Origin: an uncultured bacterium
GTDB lineage: Bacteria; Planctomycetota; UBA1135; GCA-002686595
Reading direction: 5' to 3'
DNA: 64,000 bases
NCBI GenBank assembly: GCA_943787795.1
Contig: CALSNU010000006.1
Coordinates: forward strand, 416,001-480,000
Shown here: positions 49,347-60,167 of the stretch, piece after piece
How positions within the stretch are numbered: position 1 is the stretch's first letter
Layout: every line of letters starts with the position of its first letter
Position numbers and translations under genes: made by a program
The notes under the pieces: model-generated
Databases searched by the model: none
What the model was told of the DNA's origin: nothing
What the model saw: the letters and a program-made list of their open reading frames with translations, nothing else

Positions 49347-51424
49347 CGCTTCTTACGGCCCCCGCCTCCACGGGCCTGCCCACCCTTGCGCTGCGCCTCC
49401 TGCTGCGCCACGGCCTGCTTCTGCAGGTTCTCCAGCTTCTCCATCCAGCGCGACTTCTTCTTCGGCTGCTCCGATTCGTCGAGGGGCCAGATCCTGCGGA
49501 TGACCGTGTACTCCATGATCCCGAACGCGCTGGTCGTGATCATGTAGAGGGAGAGCCCCGCGGCGTAGTTGTAGAGGAAGACGCCGAAGAGGATCGGCAT
49601 CCACATCATCATCTTCTGCATCTGCCGCGCCTGCTCGTTGTCCGTCGCCGGCTTGGGCACGACCTTCTGCTGCCCGATCCACAGCACGACCATCAAGATC
49701 GGCAGGAGGTTGAAGTACTCGATCGGCCCGATGATGGGGACCGGCAGATCGATGCGCATCAGCTGGTCCGGCTGAGACAGGTCCTTGATCCAGCCGAGGA
49801 AGGGCTCCTGTCGCAGGTCGAATGAGACGCGCAAGGCGCTGAAGAGCCCGAAGAAGATCGGGATCTGGAAGAAGACCGGGAGACAGCCCCCGATGGGCGG
49901 CATGGCGCCCTCCTCCTGGAAGATCCGCGCCTGCTCCTGACGGAGCCGCTTGGGGTCGTCCTCGTACTTCTTCTTGATCGCGTCGATCTTCGGCTGGACG
50001 CGCTTCATCTTCGTCGCGTGCCGCGCCATCGACGTCTGCATGCGCCGGTTCAGGGGGAAGAGGAGGCTCCGCACGCAGAGGGTGAGGATGATGATCGCCA
50101 CGCCCCAGTTGCCCACGACCCCGTGGAGGAAGTTGAGGAAGCCGAGGATCACGCTCGCGACCCCGTCGAAGAAGCCGAGATCCTCGCGCTGCACCTGCTC
50201 GACGATCGGCGCGAAGGGATCCTCGGCGCCGAGCCAGCGCGCTGACTTCGGTCCGTAGTAAGCGCTGAATTCGACGGCCGACGAGGCCCCCTGGCTCGCC
50301 GTGGTGAGCTCGAGCACGCCCTCGACCATGACGTCCTGGAAGCCCTCATCCATGGCACCGCCGTCCATGACCCAGTCCGGGTCCCAGAGGGCCCCCCAGT
50401 TGGCCTCCGAGAGCACCGCTCGCGCTAGGTCGTTGGAGGGACGCGCGAGCATCATGAAGTACTTGTTGTGCGTCCCGAGGAACCCGATCTCCGAGCGACC
50501 GCCGGAAACGAGCGCGCCGGTCCGTGGTTGACCTTCGGGATCGAGCAGATGAACGGAGAGCTCGCCCCCGCTCGCCGCGGCCACCGCGTTGGGCTCCTGA
50601 TAGAAGCTGTCCTGCCCCTCTGCTCTCATCCCGACCGACGTGAGGAACCCGAGCGTCGCCCGCTTCCCGGCCACCGCCGCCGTCGTGCTCTCGACCGCCA
50701 AGGCGACCTCGAGCTGGAAGGCCTCGGAGGAGTGGCGAATGGTCTTCACCAGGGTCAGCCCGCCCGCGTCACGGTGAGTGAACTCCACCCCATCATCCAG
50801 CAGACGGTGCTCCCAGTGGACGGTGGTGAGATCGGAGACCAGCAGCTCTCGGGCCGAGATCTGCGGCCGAACCATGAACGTCTGGAGGGTCTGCTCATGC
50901 GTCACCGCGGGCTGCACCACGGCGACCTGATTCTCCCGCTCCTGGCGCTGCTCGTCGCTCAACCCCTCCGCGATGAAGAAGTCCGCCAGGCGGATCTCCG
51001 CCACGCTTCCGCCGAGGCTGTCAAACCTCACGAAGGCGCGCTCGGTCGACCCGGGCGCGCCCAGCTCGATCCAGTCGGACCAGGGCTCCACCGCCGCCGC
51101 TTCCTGGAGCTCCGACTCGCCCTCCATCGGGGCGACCTCCTCGGACCCAGCAACAGAACCAGCAGCAGAACCAGCAGTGGACCCATCGGCCTCCCCTACG
51201 CTCGCCGCCTCCTCCAGGTCCTGCCCTGAGGACGCCGCCTCCGCTGGAGCCGCGGCACCAGGGACGACATCCGCCGCCCCGCTCGCCTCTCCGGTTGCGA
51301 CCTCGGCAGCCGTACCCTCGGCGCCCACGTCGGTCGGCGACGGGGGACCTTGGATGGCTTCCCATCCGAAGAGGATGAGGAAGCACAGAACGAGAGCCAG
51401 CGGGAGACGCTTCTCCATACCCAT
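49343..51424 (-). CDS. yidC: Membrane protein insertase YidC
   Basis: GNWGVAIIILT..LFPL, GGCLPVFFQIPIFF, FLGWIKDLSQPD, AGLSLY. Confidence 0.95.
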   Translation of the reverse strand: MGMEKRLPLALVLCFLILFGWEAIQGPPSPTDVGAEGTAAEVATGEASGAADVVPGAAAPAEAASSGQDLEEAASVGEADGSTAGSAAGSVAGSEEVAPMEGESELQEAAAVEPWSDWIELGAPGSTERAFVRFDSLGGSVAEIRLADFFIAEGLSDEQRQERENQVAVVQPAVTHEQTLQTFMVRPQISARELLVSDLTTVHWEHRLLDDGVEFTHRDAGGLTLVKTIRHSSEAFQLEVALAVESTTAAVAGKRATLGFLTSVGMRAEGQDSFYQEPNAVAAASGGELSVHLLDPEGQPRTGALVSGGRSEIGFLGTHNKYFMMLARPSNDLARAVLSEANWGALWDPDWVMDGGAMDEGFQDVMVEGVLELTTASQGASSAVEFSAYYGPKSARWLGAEDPFAPIVEQVQREDLGFFDGVASVILGFLNFLHGVVGNWGVAIIILTLCVRSLLFPLNRRMQTSMARHATKMKRVQPKIDAIKKKYEDDPKRLRQEQARIFQEEGAMPPIGGCLPVFFQIPIFFGLFSALRVSFDLRQEPFLGWIKDLSQPDQLMRIDLPVPIIGPIEYFNLLPILMVVLWIGQQKVVPKPATDNEQARQMQKMMMWMPILFGVFLYNYAAGLSLYMITTSAFGIMEYTVIRRIWPLDESEQPKKKSRWMEKLENLQKQAVAQQEAQRKGGQARGGGGRKKR

Positions 51425-51480
51425 GGTGGGAGTGACGTTGGGGTGATCCCCCGAGGGGGACGAAAGGATGGATTGGCCGA

Positions 51481-52293
51481 TCAGCGCCCGTTGGCGAGCC
51501 GTTCAGCCAGGAATTCGGGCAGCGCCTCGACGGCGAGGATGGCCGCCGCCGCGCGCTCGTGGTCGTACTTCGCACGCACGAAGGTCACGTTACGTCCGTC
51601 GAAGAGGACGTAGGAGAGCCGCGGGTCGCCGTCTCGCGGCTGTCCGACGGAGCCGACGTTGACGATCGCTCGGTTGCTATCGAGATCGCCGAGGTCGTAG
51701 GGACCGCACGCGTCCCCCTCGCTCTTGGGCACGAAGTAGGCCCCGTCTTCGAAGAGCACCACCGGCACGTGGCTGTGCCCGATGAAGCAGATGGATCGGC
51801 TCATGGCACCGAAGAGAGCCCTCATCTTCTCCCGATCCTTGATGTCCCGAGGGACCACGTACTCCCGCACCGGGTCCCGCGGCGAGCCATGGGCGAACAT
51901 CGCGATCGAGTCCGTTCCGCTGGCCTCGAGGTCGCCGATGAAGTCCCAGTAGGCGTCAGCGCGACCTGGATCCCGGCTGACCTCCTCCCGCGTCCACTCG
52001 ATGGCCGCGCGTGCCTTCGGGTTGAAGTCATCGGCGCTGAAGAGCAGGGCCTCCTCGTGATTGCCCTTCAGGCAAAGGCCGGGCTCGAGACCCTCACCTT
52101 CGCCGGAGGGCGAGGGGACACAGCGCTGCATCACAGCGTCCAGACACGCGCGAGGCTCGGCGCCGTACCCCACCATGTCCCCCAGGCACACGAACCGCTG
52201 CACACCTCTCTGCTGAGCGTCAGCCAGGCAGGCCTCGAGCGCCTGCCGGTTGCCGTGCAGGTCGCTGATGATCGCCGTGAGGGGGTACGTCAT
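51481..52293 (-). CDS. Calcineurin-like metallophosphoesterase
   Basis: SDLHGN, LGDMVGYG, GNHE, HGSP, GHSH, NVGSVGQPRDGDPR. Confidence 0.9.
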   Translation of the reverse strand: MTYPLTAIISDLHGNRQALEACLADAQQRGVQRFVCLGDMVGYGAEPRACLDAVMQRCVPSPSGEGEGLEPGLCLKGNHEEALLFSADDFNPKARAAIEWTREEVSRDPGRADAYWDFIGDLEASGTDSIAMFAHGSPRDPVREYVVPRDIKDREKMRALFGAMSRSICFIGHSHVPVVLFEDGAYFVPKSEGDACGPYDLGDLDSNRAIVNVGSVGQPRDGDPRLSYVLFDGRNVTFVRAKYDHERAAAAILAVEALPEFLAERLANGR

Positions 52294-52384
52294 GGGGGCT
52301 CCAGACCAGCGCGCCGCTGAACTGAGGCAGAAGTATCGGGACCCGTCGCCCCCACGGCAACCTCGCGTCCAAGGACCTTCGGCC

Positions 52385-53773
52385 CTACGCCTCGAAAGAC
52401 CCTGCCCCCTGGCTCGGCCCGGAGTCAGGCTCCGGCGACCTCCCGAAGGGCGAATCTGATCGCGACCCCGTCCGTGACCCCCTCAGCGATCCCGTGAGGG
52501 GGTGGGAGTGCCGGCCCTCCGGCCCGGGCTCCGCCGCGACCCGCTCGTCAGCAGCCTTGCGCCCCACCTGGTCCTCCGCGGGCAAGGTCGCCTGCGGCGC
52601 CTCTTCGCCATCCGGCGAGATGATGGAGGCGGTTGGGGCCAGATCCTGAGCGGGGTGGGCAGGGGCGGAGCCGCCAGCCCGCCTCCGGACAACCGTCCAG
52701 CGGGGAGTACTCGGGGCCGCCTGTCCCTCGGCGCCCCACTCGTCCTCCCACTGGGCTCCCCCCTCGCCGGCTCGCGAGCCCGCGGCAGCCTGGATCAGGC
52801 CATCGCCGGACCGATCGGGGCCGGCGCGGTACACGGGCGGGCCCCCTTCGACGGGCTGAGCGGCCGACGGCCCCGTGAAGCCCCGGGTCAACCTGACGGC
52901 GAGGGCGTAGAGCGCCGCACTCACGGCGAAGCCTGCCCAGCCAGGCCATGCTTCACCGAAGACGGATTGAACGGCGAGCGGGGGCGCCACCAACAGCACG
53001 ACCACCAGCGCGGAATCGACCGGGCTCAAGCCGATCGCCACCAGGCGGTTGCCAAGGTGGGTCCGGTCGCCCTCCCAGAAGGGCGCCCCGCGCGACAGGC
53101 GACCGATGACCACACGACCCGCGTCAAGGAGCGGAACAAGGAGCAGCCAGGCCGCCCCGGGCGTCACCGCCACCGCCACGCCGAGCAGGTGAGTCCCCGA
53201 GTCGCCGAGCATGGTCATCGGCACCGACTCTCTGAACGTCTTGCGCCGCCGAAACAGGATGTTGAACGGCAGGTAGCCGCCCACCGCGGCCGCCAGCGCG
53301 GGCGCCCCCGGTCCGAGCGCGACGCAGCAGGCCGTGCCCGCCATCGCGTCCGCATGATCGAACAGGTTGACCGCGTTCATGGCGACGAGCGCCACCGCTG
53401 CGATCGTGAGGAGCTCCACGGCGCTGTGATCCTGGAAGCCTGGACCCGGGGCCATGACCAGGAGCGTCGCCACGGTGATCTGGCCGGCGAGCTTGACGGC
53501 GGGACTCAGACCACCCCGCCTCACGTCGTCCACCAGCCCGAGGAGGAACGCCCCTGCCAGCGCGGGCCAGGGCAGGAACAGCGTGGGATCCAGCCGGTCC
53601 GCGACGATCATGGCGCCCAGGATCGCGGCGCCTCCGACCACGGGGATGTCCGCCACGCCGGGCTTGCGGTGCTCCAGACCCTCCCTGCCATCGAACCAGC
53701 CGAGCGCCGGCGCAGCCAGCACCAGCCCGGCCGTCAACAGGACCGCAACCGTGAAGGCGATGAACGCGATCAC
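52385..53773 (-). CDS. MraY/WecA-like polyprenyl-phosphate sugar-1-phosphate transferase with a long low-complexity tail
   Basis: PVVGGAAI, GLVDD, KLAGQ, NAVNLFD, MLGDSG; multiple transmembrane segments. Confidence 0.75.
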   Translation of the reverse strand: MIAFIAFTVAVLLTAGLVLAAPALGWFDGREGLEHRKPGVADIPVVGGAAILGAMIVADRLDPTLFLPWPALAGAFLLGLVDDVRRGGLSPAVKLAGQITVATLLVMAPGPGFQDHSAVELLTIAAVALVAMNAVNLFDHADAMAGTACCVALGPGAPALAAAVGGYLPFNILFRRRKTFRESVPMTMLGDSGTHLLGVAVAVTPGAAWLLLVPLLDAGRVVIGRLSRGAPFWEGDRTHLGNRLVAIGLSPVDSALVVVLLVAPPLAVQSVFGEAWPGWAGFAVSAALYALAVRLTRGFTGPSAAQPVEGGPPVYRAGPDRSGDGLIQAAAGSRAGEGGAQWEDEWGAEGQAAPSTPRWTVVRRRAGGSAPAHPAQDLAPTASIISPDGEEAPQATLPAEDQVGRKAADERVAAEPGPEGRHSHPLTGSLRGSRTGSRSDSPFGRSPEPDSGPSQGAGSFEA

Positions 53774-54420
53774 GGCCGTGCCTCCGTGGAGATGGCCCCA
53801 TAGAGGCCCTCGCGCTGGATCACCTCCAACACGCCCTCGGGCAACTCCGCGCCCGAGAGGCGCCCTGCCGCGATCTTGCCGCGGAGCTCGGTGGCGCTCC
53901 CAGGGAACGGGGGCAGCCGCATGAAGCCAAGGCTCAGCCGCTCCACGAGGTGCGCCGGGAGCCTCCCCTCGAGGGCTGCCAGGTGCCCATCAGGCGTCCC
54001 TTCACGCCATGCGACGATGGGCTGCGCGATCGACAGGACCTCCTCGGCCTCCCGCCACCCGGGGAGGCCCGGCAGGTTGTCGCTGCCCAGAATCATGAAG
54101 AGCTCGGCGCCCCCGCCGGCGCTCTCCTGGCGGGCCATGTCCCGCAGGGTATCGACCGTGAATGAGGTCCCCGCGCGTCGGAGCTCTGCGTCGGAGACCT
54201 CCCATCGCGCATCCCCCGCCGTCGCGCACCTGAGCATCGCAAGTCGGGCACCCCCTGGCGCGAGCGCCTTGCCCAGCTTGTGCGGGGGGGTCGCCGCGGG
54301 CATGAAGATCACCCGATCCAGCCCGAAGTGCGCGCATGCCCTGCGGGCCACCTCCAGGTGGCCCTTGTGAACAGGGTCAAAGGACCCTCCAAAGAGGGCG
54401 ATCCGCGGACTGACGGGCAC
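53770..54420 (-). CDS. nadD: Nicotinate-nucleotide adenylyltransferase
   Basis: FGGSFDPVHKGH, PPHK, SFTVDTL, ILGSDNL..W, SATELR, GLY. GTG start inferred. Confidence 0.92.
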   Translation of the reverse strand: MPVSPRIALFGGSFDPVHKGHLEVARRACAHFGLDRVIFMPAATPPHKLGKALAPGGARLAMLRCATAGDARWEVSDAELRRAGTSFTVDTLRDMARQESAGGGAELFMILGSDNLPGLPGWREAEEVLSIAQPIVAWREGTPDGHLAALEGRLPAHLVERLSLGFMRLPPFPGSATELRGKIAAGRLSGAELPEGVLEVIQREGLYGAISTEARP

Positions 54421-54783
54421 AGATGAGGGCTGTTGGGTGAGGGCAGGGAGGAGGCGCTGTAACTGGCGTGCCCCTCGACGATAAGGCAAGCAGCGCCCGA
54501 CGGGGGACGCGGGATAGAGGGCGAGCCCCCATCTTCCCAGTTCGACGCCGTCGCGCGCGGTTTCTGCCCCATGCCTTGGGCCCGATTCTCTGGACTTCCT
54601 GGATCACTCCCCCCAAACTGTCGGACCTGGGAAGGCGTGCGTGTCCGCACTGGACGCTGGCCCCGCATTCCTTGCCCTGACTCTCCCGCCCCGGCGCCCG
54701 CCAACGGACACCTCGGCGAATCACCCCTGAATTTGCTGCCGCCTCCCGAGGCGGCGCCATTCCAAACGTCCGAACCGGACCCC

Positions 54784-55215
54784 ATGACGATGACGCGCCC
54801 CAACGCTCTCGCCTCTGCGAACAACCTCCGCCGCGCTGGCCTCGCCCTCGCCGCTGGTCTCCTCGCCACGTCCTGCGCCTCCAACACGGGCGACAAGATC
54901 AACGACCACTGGCGTATCGCGTCGATTCAGCCGCGCGTGGTGCGCGCCGCCACCGGGTACGACCCCTCAGAGGTCGCCACGTACGGCGAGTATCGGAGCA
55001 GCCAGTGGAGCGGCTTCGGACTCACGTTCCAGCGGCACATCATGGCCTACAACCCCACCAATCCCTTCCAGGCCGGCCCGACCAAGCCGGATGATCGCGA
55101 GTGGACGATTCCGGCCAACCCTTACGCCGACGGCGGCGACGACGTCCAAGGCGAGGACGAGGCCATGACCGAGGTTGAAAAGGCTGCACTCTCCTCCCTC
55201 GGCTACGCCAACTGA
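54784..55215 (+). CDS. Hypothetical lipoprotein
   Basis: Basic N-region, hydrophobic stretch and lipobox LATSC; strong GC3 codon bias. Confidence 0.7.
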   Translation: MTMTRPNALASANNLRRAGLALAAGLLATSCASNTGDKINDHWRIASIQPRVVRAATGYDPSEVATYGEYRSSQWSGFGLTFQRHIMAYNPTNPFQAGPTKPDDREWTIPANPYADGGDDVQGEDEAMTEVEKAALSSLGYAN

Positions 55216-55457
55216 GGCCGAGTCGAGCGAGCCTGAACGGCTCGCTCTAGCTGGGCTTGGCGCCGATCCCCCCCAACTGGATTCCCTCCCGGGCTCGCCG
55301 CCGGCCTCGCTGGCCCCACCCCGGCTCTGCACTGACCCAAGGGTCGGATGGGGCCGTCTGGGAGTGCGCCGAGGCGTAGCGTGAGCCGCTTCAGTGCGGG
55401 CTCACGAGGCCCAAGCTGAGAGTTCAACCGGGAGCCCATCCGAGGGTCCCCAACCAG

Positions 55458-56414
55458 TCACCGCGCGGATCGCATCCGCGCGGTGATTTCATGGGCCACG
55501 TCGTCCGGGCGCGGGTCCAACCACTCGATCTCGAACTTGCGGAACCAGGTGCGCTGGCGGCGGGCGAACTGTCGGGTCCGGAGCGCGATCTCGTCCAGTC
55601 CGTCCTGGAGTGAGAGGTCACCTGCGGCGACCGCAGCCGCAGCTTCGTAGCCGAGCGCCTGGGACGCAGAGGGGCCAAGCCCGGAACCGGACAGGACGCG
55701 CGCCGCCTCCTCGGGCCAGCCGGCGCGGAGCATCTCACCTGTCCTCTGGCGAATCCTGCGATCCAACTCGTCCACTGGAAGGTCCAGGCCCACGATGACC
55801 GCGCGCTTCTCCCTGGCGGACGGGCCGTCGCGCCACTGGCTCTGGTGTGCGCTCATGGCCTCTCCGGTCTGCCGCCAGACCTCAAGGGCCCGCACGGTCC
55901 GGCGCCGATCGTTGACGTGGATCCGCTCGGCGGAATCGGGGTCCACCGCTGCGAGCTCCGCGTGAAGCACACAGTCCCCTTCACGCTCCGCCCGCGCCAT
56001 CAGCGTCGCCCGCAGCTCGGGGTCCGACGGAGGGCCGTCGAACACCCCACGCAGCAGCGCTGCGAGGTAGAGCCCGGTGCCCCCCACGAAGAGCGCAGAC
56101 GACCCCCGACCCTCGAGCTCCAGGAGCGTCTCCTCCACCAGGCCAAGGTATGCCTGGAGGTCAAAGCGCCCCTCGGGCTCGGCCACATCGACGAGGTGAT
56201 GGGGCACCTGAGCGCGCTCCTCGGTCGTCGGCTTCGCCGTCCCGATGTCCAGCCCGCGATAGACCGTCATCGAGTCCAGCGCGATGATCTCCGCCCCCAG
56301 CGTCTGGGCTACCTGCAGGCCCAGCCCGGTCTTACCGGACGCCGTCGGCCCCACGAGGAAGCGCAGCGGGACCCGGTCCAGGACGTGTTCTTCGGCCTCA
56401 CCTTCGGGGTTCAT
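55458..56414 (-). CDS. miaA: tRNA dimethylallyltransferase
   Basis: GPTASGKT, DSMTVYRGLDIGTAKP, VGGTGLY, RALEV, ALGY, TRQFARRQRTWF. Confidence 0.96.
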   Translation of the reverse strand: MNPEGEAEEHVLDRVPLRFLVGPTASGKTGLGLQVAQTLGAEIIALDSMTVYRGLDIGTAKPTTEERAQVPHHLVDVAEPEGRFDLQAYLGLVEETLLELEGRGSSALFVGGTGLYLAALLRGVFDGPPSDPELRATLMARAEREGDCVLHAELAAVDPDSAERIHVNDRRRTVRALEVWRQTGEAMSAHQSQWRDGPSAREKRAVIVGLDLPVDELDRRIRQRTGEMLRAGWPEEAARVLSGSGLGPSASQALGYEAAAAVAAGDLSLQDGLDEIALRTRQFARRQRTWFRKFEIEWLDPRPDDVAHEITARMRSAR

Positions 56415-56492
56415 GGAGGAATCGTAAGCCTTCCGGGTGCAAGGGGTCGGTCGTGCTGGAACTAGGCCAGGTGGAAGGCGACGATCTGTGCC

Positions 56493-57656
56493 ATGGACCG
56501 TGTCTTCTCGCTCGCCCTCGCTCTCGCGCTCTCCGCCCACGCCTCGGCTGCGCCCCTCGCAGCAGCCGCGGCCTCACCCCAGGATACGCCGCCGGCGCTT
56601 CCGCCTGCCCTGGAACGCCCGGCCAGCCAGGCCTCCGCCGACCTCGCCTCCGACGGAGAGGTCGCCGCGCCCGGAAGGGTCCCCGGGGACACCGAAGAGG
56701 GGGCGCGCGCCCTCTGGAGCCAGCTCGCCGGGAGCCTCTCCGTGGACGACGGGACCCCCGCCGCCGACGCGCCTCGCGCCTTCGAGCTGGAGTTCGATGT
56801 GCGCAGCCGTCAGGCCTCGGGCACCCAGAACTTCAGCGCGAGATTCCACTACCTCGACGAGGGGCCGGGCCTCGTACGCGGGGTCGTGCTCGACGACCAA
56901 CGAGCGGAGCGGAGCACGCAGATGCGCGGCCTCGATGACCGAGGACGGCTCCAGTACTGGTATCGCAAGGTGAGCGGTGAGGGGCAGACCGACGGGTGGG
57001 AGTCCCTGAGGGGTCGTGACTCCAAGGAGAGCCGCGCCGAGATTGACAGCTGGGCCGCCATCTCCTTCGACATCGCCCGCCTGACGCGACCCTCGAGCTT
57101 CCGCATCCTCTCCCTTCGGGAGCGCGTGCTCCTGCCTGCGGAGGACGGGGCGTCGCCGCTCACTCTCCGCTTTGACGGCGACCCGCGCGGGGTGGTCCTC
57201 CCCGGCACCGACATCGAGGGCGTCCGCGACGGGCGCAAGCAGCCCATCAGCGCCCTCTGCTCGGGCCTGAAGTGGCTCGAGCTCCAGACCCCGGACTTCC
57301 GTGACTTCCGCGAGCTCAACGGACGCATGCCGAAGGCGCGGCCGTACCGGCTGGTCTTCGGCCTGGACCCCGCCTCGGGTCGCCCGCAGGTCGTCCTCGT
57401 CGCCCCTGGGACCGAGGGCCCGCTCCAGGTCCCTGGTGCGGTCCTGGTCCAGAGCACCGAGTGGCTGCTTCACCCCGAGGGCGCCGCTCCGCGCGACCAG
57501 AGCTGGCTCCCCGGACGCTTCTTCGCCTACGAGACCCTCGGCGCCGGGCCCGACCCCCAGGCCCTGCGCTTCTCCGACGTTCCCCGCGCGGACCTCTACT
57601 TCGTGGACGGCAACATGAGCGCCGAGCTCGACCCGGCGTTCTTCCGCCCTCGCTGA
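56493..57656 (+). CDS. Hypothetical secreted protein
   Basis: Signal peptide MDRVFSLALALALSAHASA; good codon bias; no motif recognised. Confidence 0.7.
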   Translation: MDRVFSLALALALSAHASAAPLAAAAASPQDTPPALPPALERPASQASADLASDGEVAAPGRVPGDTEEGARALWSQLAGSLSVDDGTPAADAPRAFELEFDVRSRQASGTQNFSARFHYLDEGPGLVRGVVLDDQRAERSTQMRGLDDRGRLQYWYRKVSGEGQTDGWESLRGRDSKESRAEIDSWAAISFDIARLTRPSSFRILSLRERVLLPAEDGASPLTLRFDGDPRGVVLPGTDIEGVRDGRKQPISALCSGLKWLELQTPDFRDFRELNGRMPKARPYRLVFGLDPASGRPQVVLVAPGTEGPLQVPGAVLVQSTEWLLHPEGAAPRDQSWLPGRFFAYETLGAGPDPQALRFSDVPRADLYFVDGNMSAELDPAFFRPR

Positions 57657-57762
57657 GCCGCCCCCAACGGTCGCCCGGCTCTCCTGCCTGAGCCAAACGA
57701 CCTCGAAGCTCGACCGACGCCAGCTCCACCTGCACCGCGCGTTCTGCCCCGCGCGCCACTCG

Positions 57763-60161
57763 ATGAGAGATCACCGCCTCGCCCTCCTCACGCTCGTCCT
57801 CGGCCTCGCCCTCGGCGCCATGCTCGGATCCCTGGCCGGGCGTGAACCCGTCCTCGCCTCACCGCAGCTCTTGCCGCACGCCGAGGCCCCAGGACCCCTC
57901 TCCGAAGGCGCCCCTGCTGCTGAGCCCCTGCCCCGCTGACCCTCTCGGGCCGCCGCGCCGCCGCCAGGGCGAGCTCGCCCTCACCGGCTGCGCTTCAAGC
58001 ATCGGCTGAGGAGGCGACTCGCGGAGCGCTGGCGCGCCTTGACGTCGTGCCCCGCGTGGCGGAGGGCCCTGAGGAGACAGGGGTGATCACCGGGCTGGTG
58101 ATCGACCGGGCTGGCACTCCGATCAGCGGCGTCCGGGTGGTAGCCAGCCGCTCCAACTCGGCGAGGTCGGTCCGCACGGATCTGGGAATCGGCAGGGAGT
58201 GGCCGGGTGCCAGGACGCTCACCGACGAGCTCACCGAACAAGCCGTGCAGCTCGCGGCCCAACGTGCTGGACAAAGGACCACCCTCACCGACGACGCGGG
58301 GCGCTTCAGGATCGCCGAGATCGGTGACGGGACCTACCGACTCGAGGCCTTCAAGGAGGGCGTGGAATTCAAGCACGCCGGGGCCGACTATGGCCGTCAC
58401 GGCGGCCGCTTCTGGCGGGCGAGCGGCACCAGTGCCCGGATCATCGGGACGCCGACTCAGTCCGTGCACCTCGATGTTCGACTGGAGGACGGCACGGCCC
58501 TTGACGAGGCCAAGGTCGAGGCCGGGTACGAGACAAGAGACCCGTTCCATCCCGGATTCATCGAATGGACGAGGGGAGCCGCCGCCCTGCAGGTGAGCTC
58601 GAGGCCCGGGAGGATCCGAGCCCTCGCGCACGGGCCCAACTCCTCCAAGCTCAGGGGCGCCCCGCACGAACTTGCCTCCGAGTGGGTCTCGTTCGGGCCT
58701 GGCGCCCCGCAGCGGGACCCCGTCCTCCTCGAGGTGCGGCCGCGGGGTCTGCTCGGCGTTCGGGTCGAGGTCGAGGATGACACCGCCTCGATCCTCGACC
58801 ATCAGATCAACGTCAGGGTCGAAGGTCCCCACGGCGACGTCGGTGAGCTGATCGCCAGAGCGGCGCACTGGTGGTTCGAGGGGGTCTCTCCCGGTCAGTT
58901 GACGATCAAGGCGCGCTGTCAAGGCCAGGCCGAGGACATCGCCTCAGCGACCGCGAGCTTCGACGGGCGTTGGGGCACCGAGCGGCTGGCTGTCGACGTT
59001 CCAACGCCGGTCATCGTGAGCTGCATCGGGCCCGATGGAGCGCGCCCATGCGACGTGACATTCAAGCTCCAGGGCCCGGAGGCGCGCTTCAGCCTTGAGG
59101 CTCAACTTCGGGCCCCCGGTGAATACGCCGTGGCCGTGACGCCGCGGCTGCAGCAGATTCGCGAGGTTGAGCGACTCGTCTCCGCATCCCCGGGCACCCA
59201 GCCCGACGTGAGGGCCAATTGCACGCTGGTCGGCCAGTCAGACCTCCTCGGGGAGGTGCACGCTCCCGTCACCGAGGAGACGTCGACGGTCACCCTGGCC
59301 TTCGACTCGCCGGCCTCCCTCTTGCTGACGATCCCCGTGGACGCCCCCACGGACTTCCGCGCCCAGCTGGAGGGCCGAGCAGACGGCGGGGTGGACAGCG
59401 AGTGGAGGCACGTGAGCCGCTATCGCGGTCGCTCGGGCCAGCGAGTCCCCCAGACGTTCGCGGCCGATGGATCGCTACTCCTGACGGGCCTCCAGCCGGG
59501 CTTGCATGTCGTCACCGTCAGCAGCGCATGGGGGCGCTCCTATGGCTTCTCCGGTGAAGCCGACTTCCCCAGGGACCCCATCACGGTGACGGCGGCTCTC
59601 TCGATCCAGGCCGGGGAGAACGTCCACGAGGTCACGATCCCTGAACGGTTCGAGCTCCAGGTCCACGCGCCGGATCACCCGGTCGGGACCCAGCTGCGCC
59701 TGCGGTCTACCGACCCGTCACCCGGAAGGGACGACATCGCTGAGCCTCACCGATCCGTCCTCGATGACCAGCACGGGGCGGTCATCGAGCGCGTCCCGCG
59801 AGGCACCTACTCGCTGCTAGTGAACTGGCGGGACGGCAGCTCCCGACGGGAAGTCACGGTGCCCGGACCGGCGATCACCCTCAAGCGAACGGAGCTGCGC
59901 GGGTTCAGGATCACGAGAGTTCGCCCCGGCGGCCTCGCCGTGTCCGCCGGCCTGCGGAATGGCGACCTCCTGGTTGAGGTCGATGGGCAGCCGGTGGACT
60001 CCAGGTCCATGGAGCGGTTGAGACTCGATGTGGGGCGGCGCCAGCCGACGCTCACGGTGGAGAGGGACGGTGCGCGCCACGAGCTGCAGCTCGGCCTCGG
60101 CGACCCGGGGGAGCCGGCCTATGGGCAGCTCCGAATATACTTCGAAGCCGTCGAGGACTGA
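57763..60161 (+). CDS. Carboxypeptidase-regulatory-like domain + C-terminal PDZ protein; probable frameshift at ~57925-57934
   Basis: ITGLVIDRAGTPISGVRV..TDDAGRFRI..GTYRLEA. PDZ-like segment GFRITRVRPGGLA..GLRNGDLLVEVDG. The membrane-anchor N-terminus from ATG 57763 is in a different frame. Confidence 0.7.
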
Positions 60162-60167
60162 GAGCGC

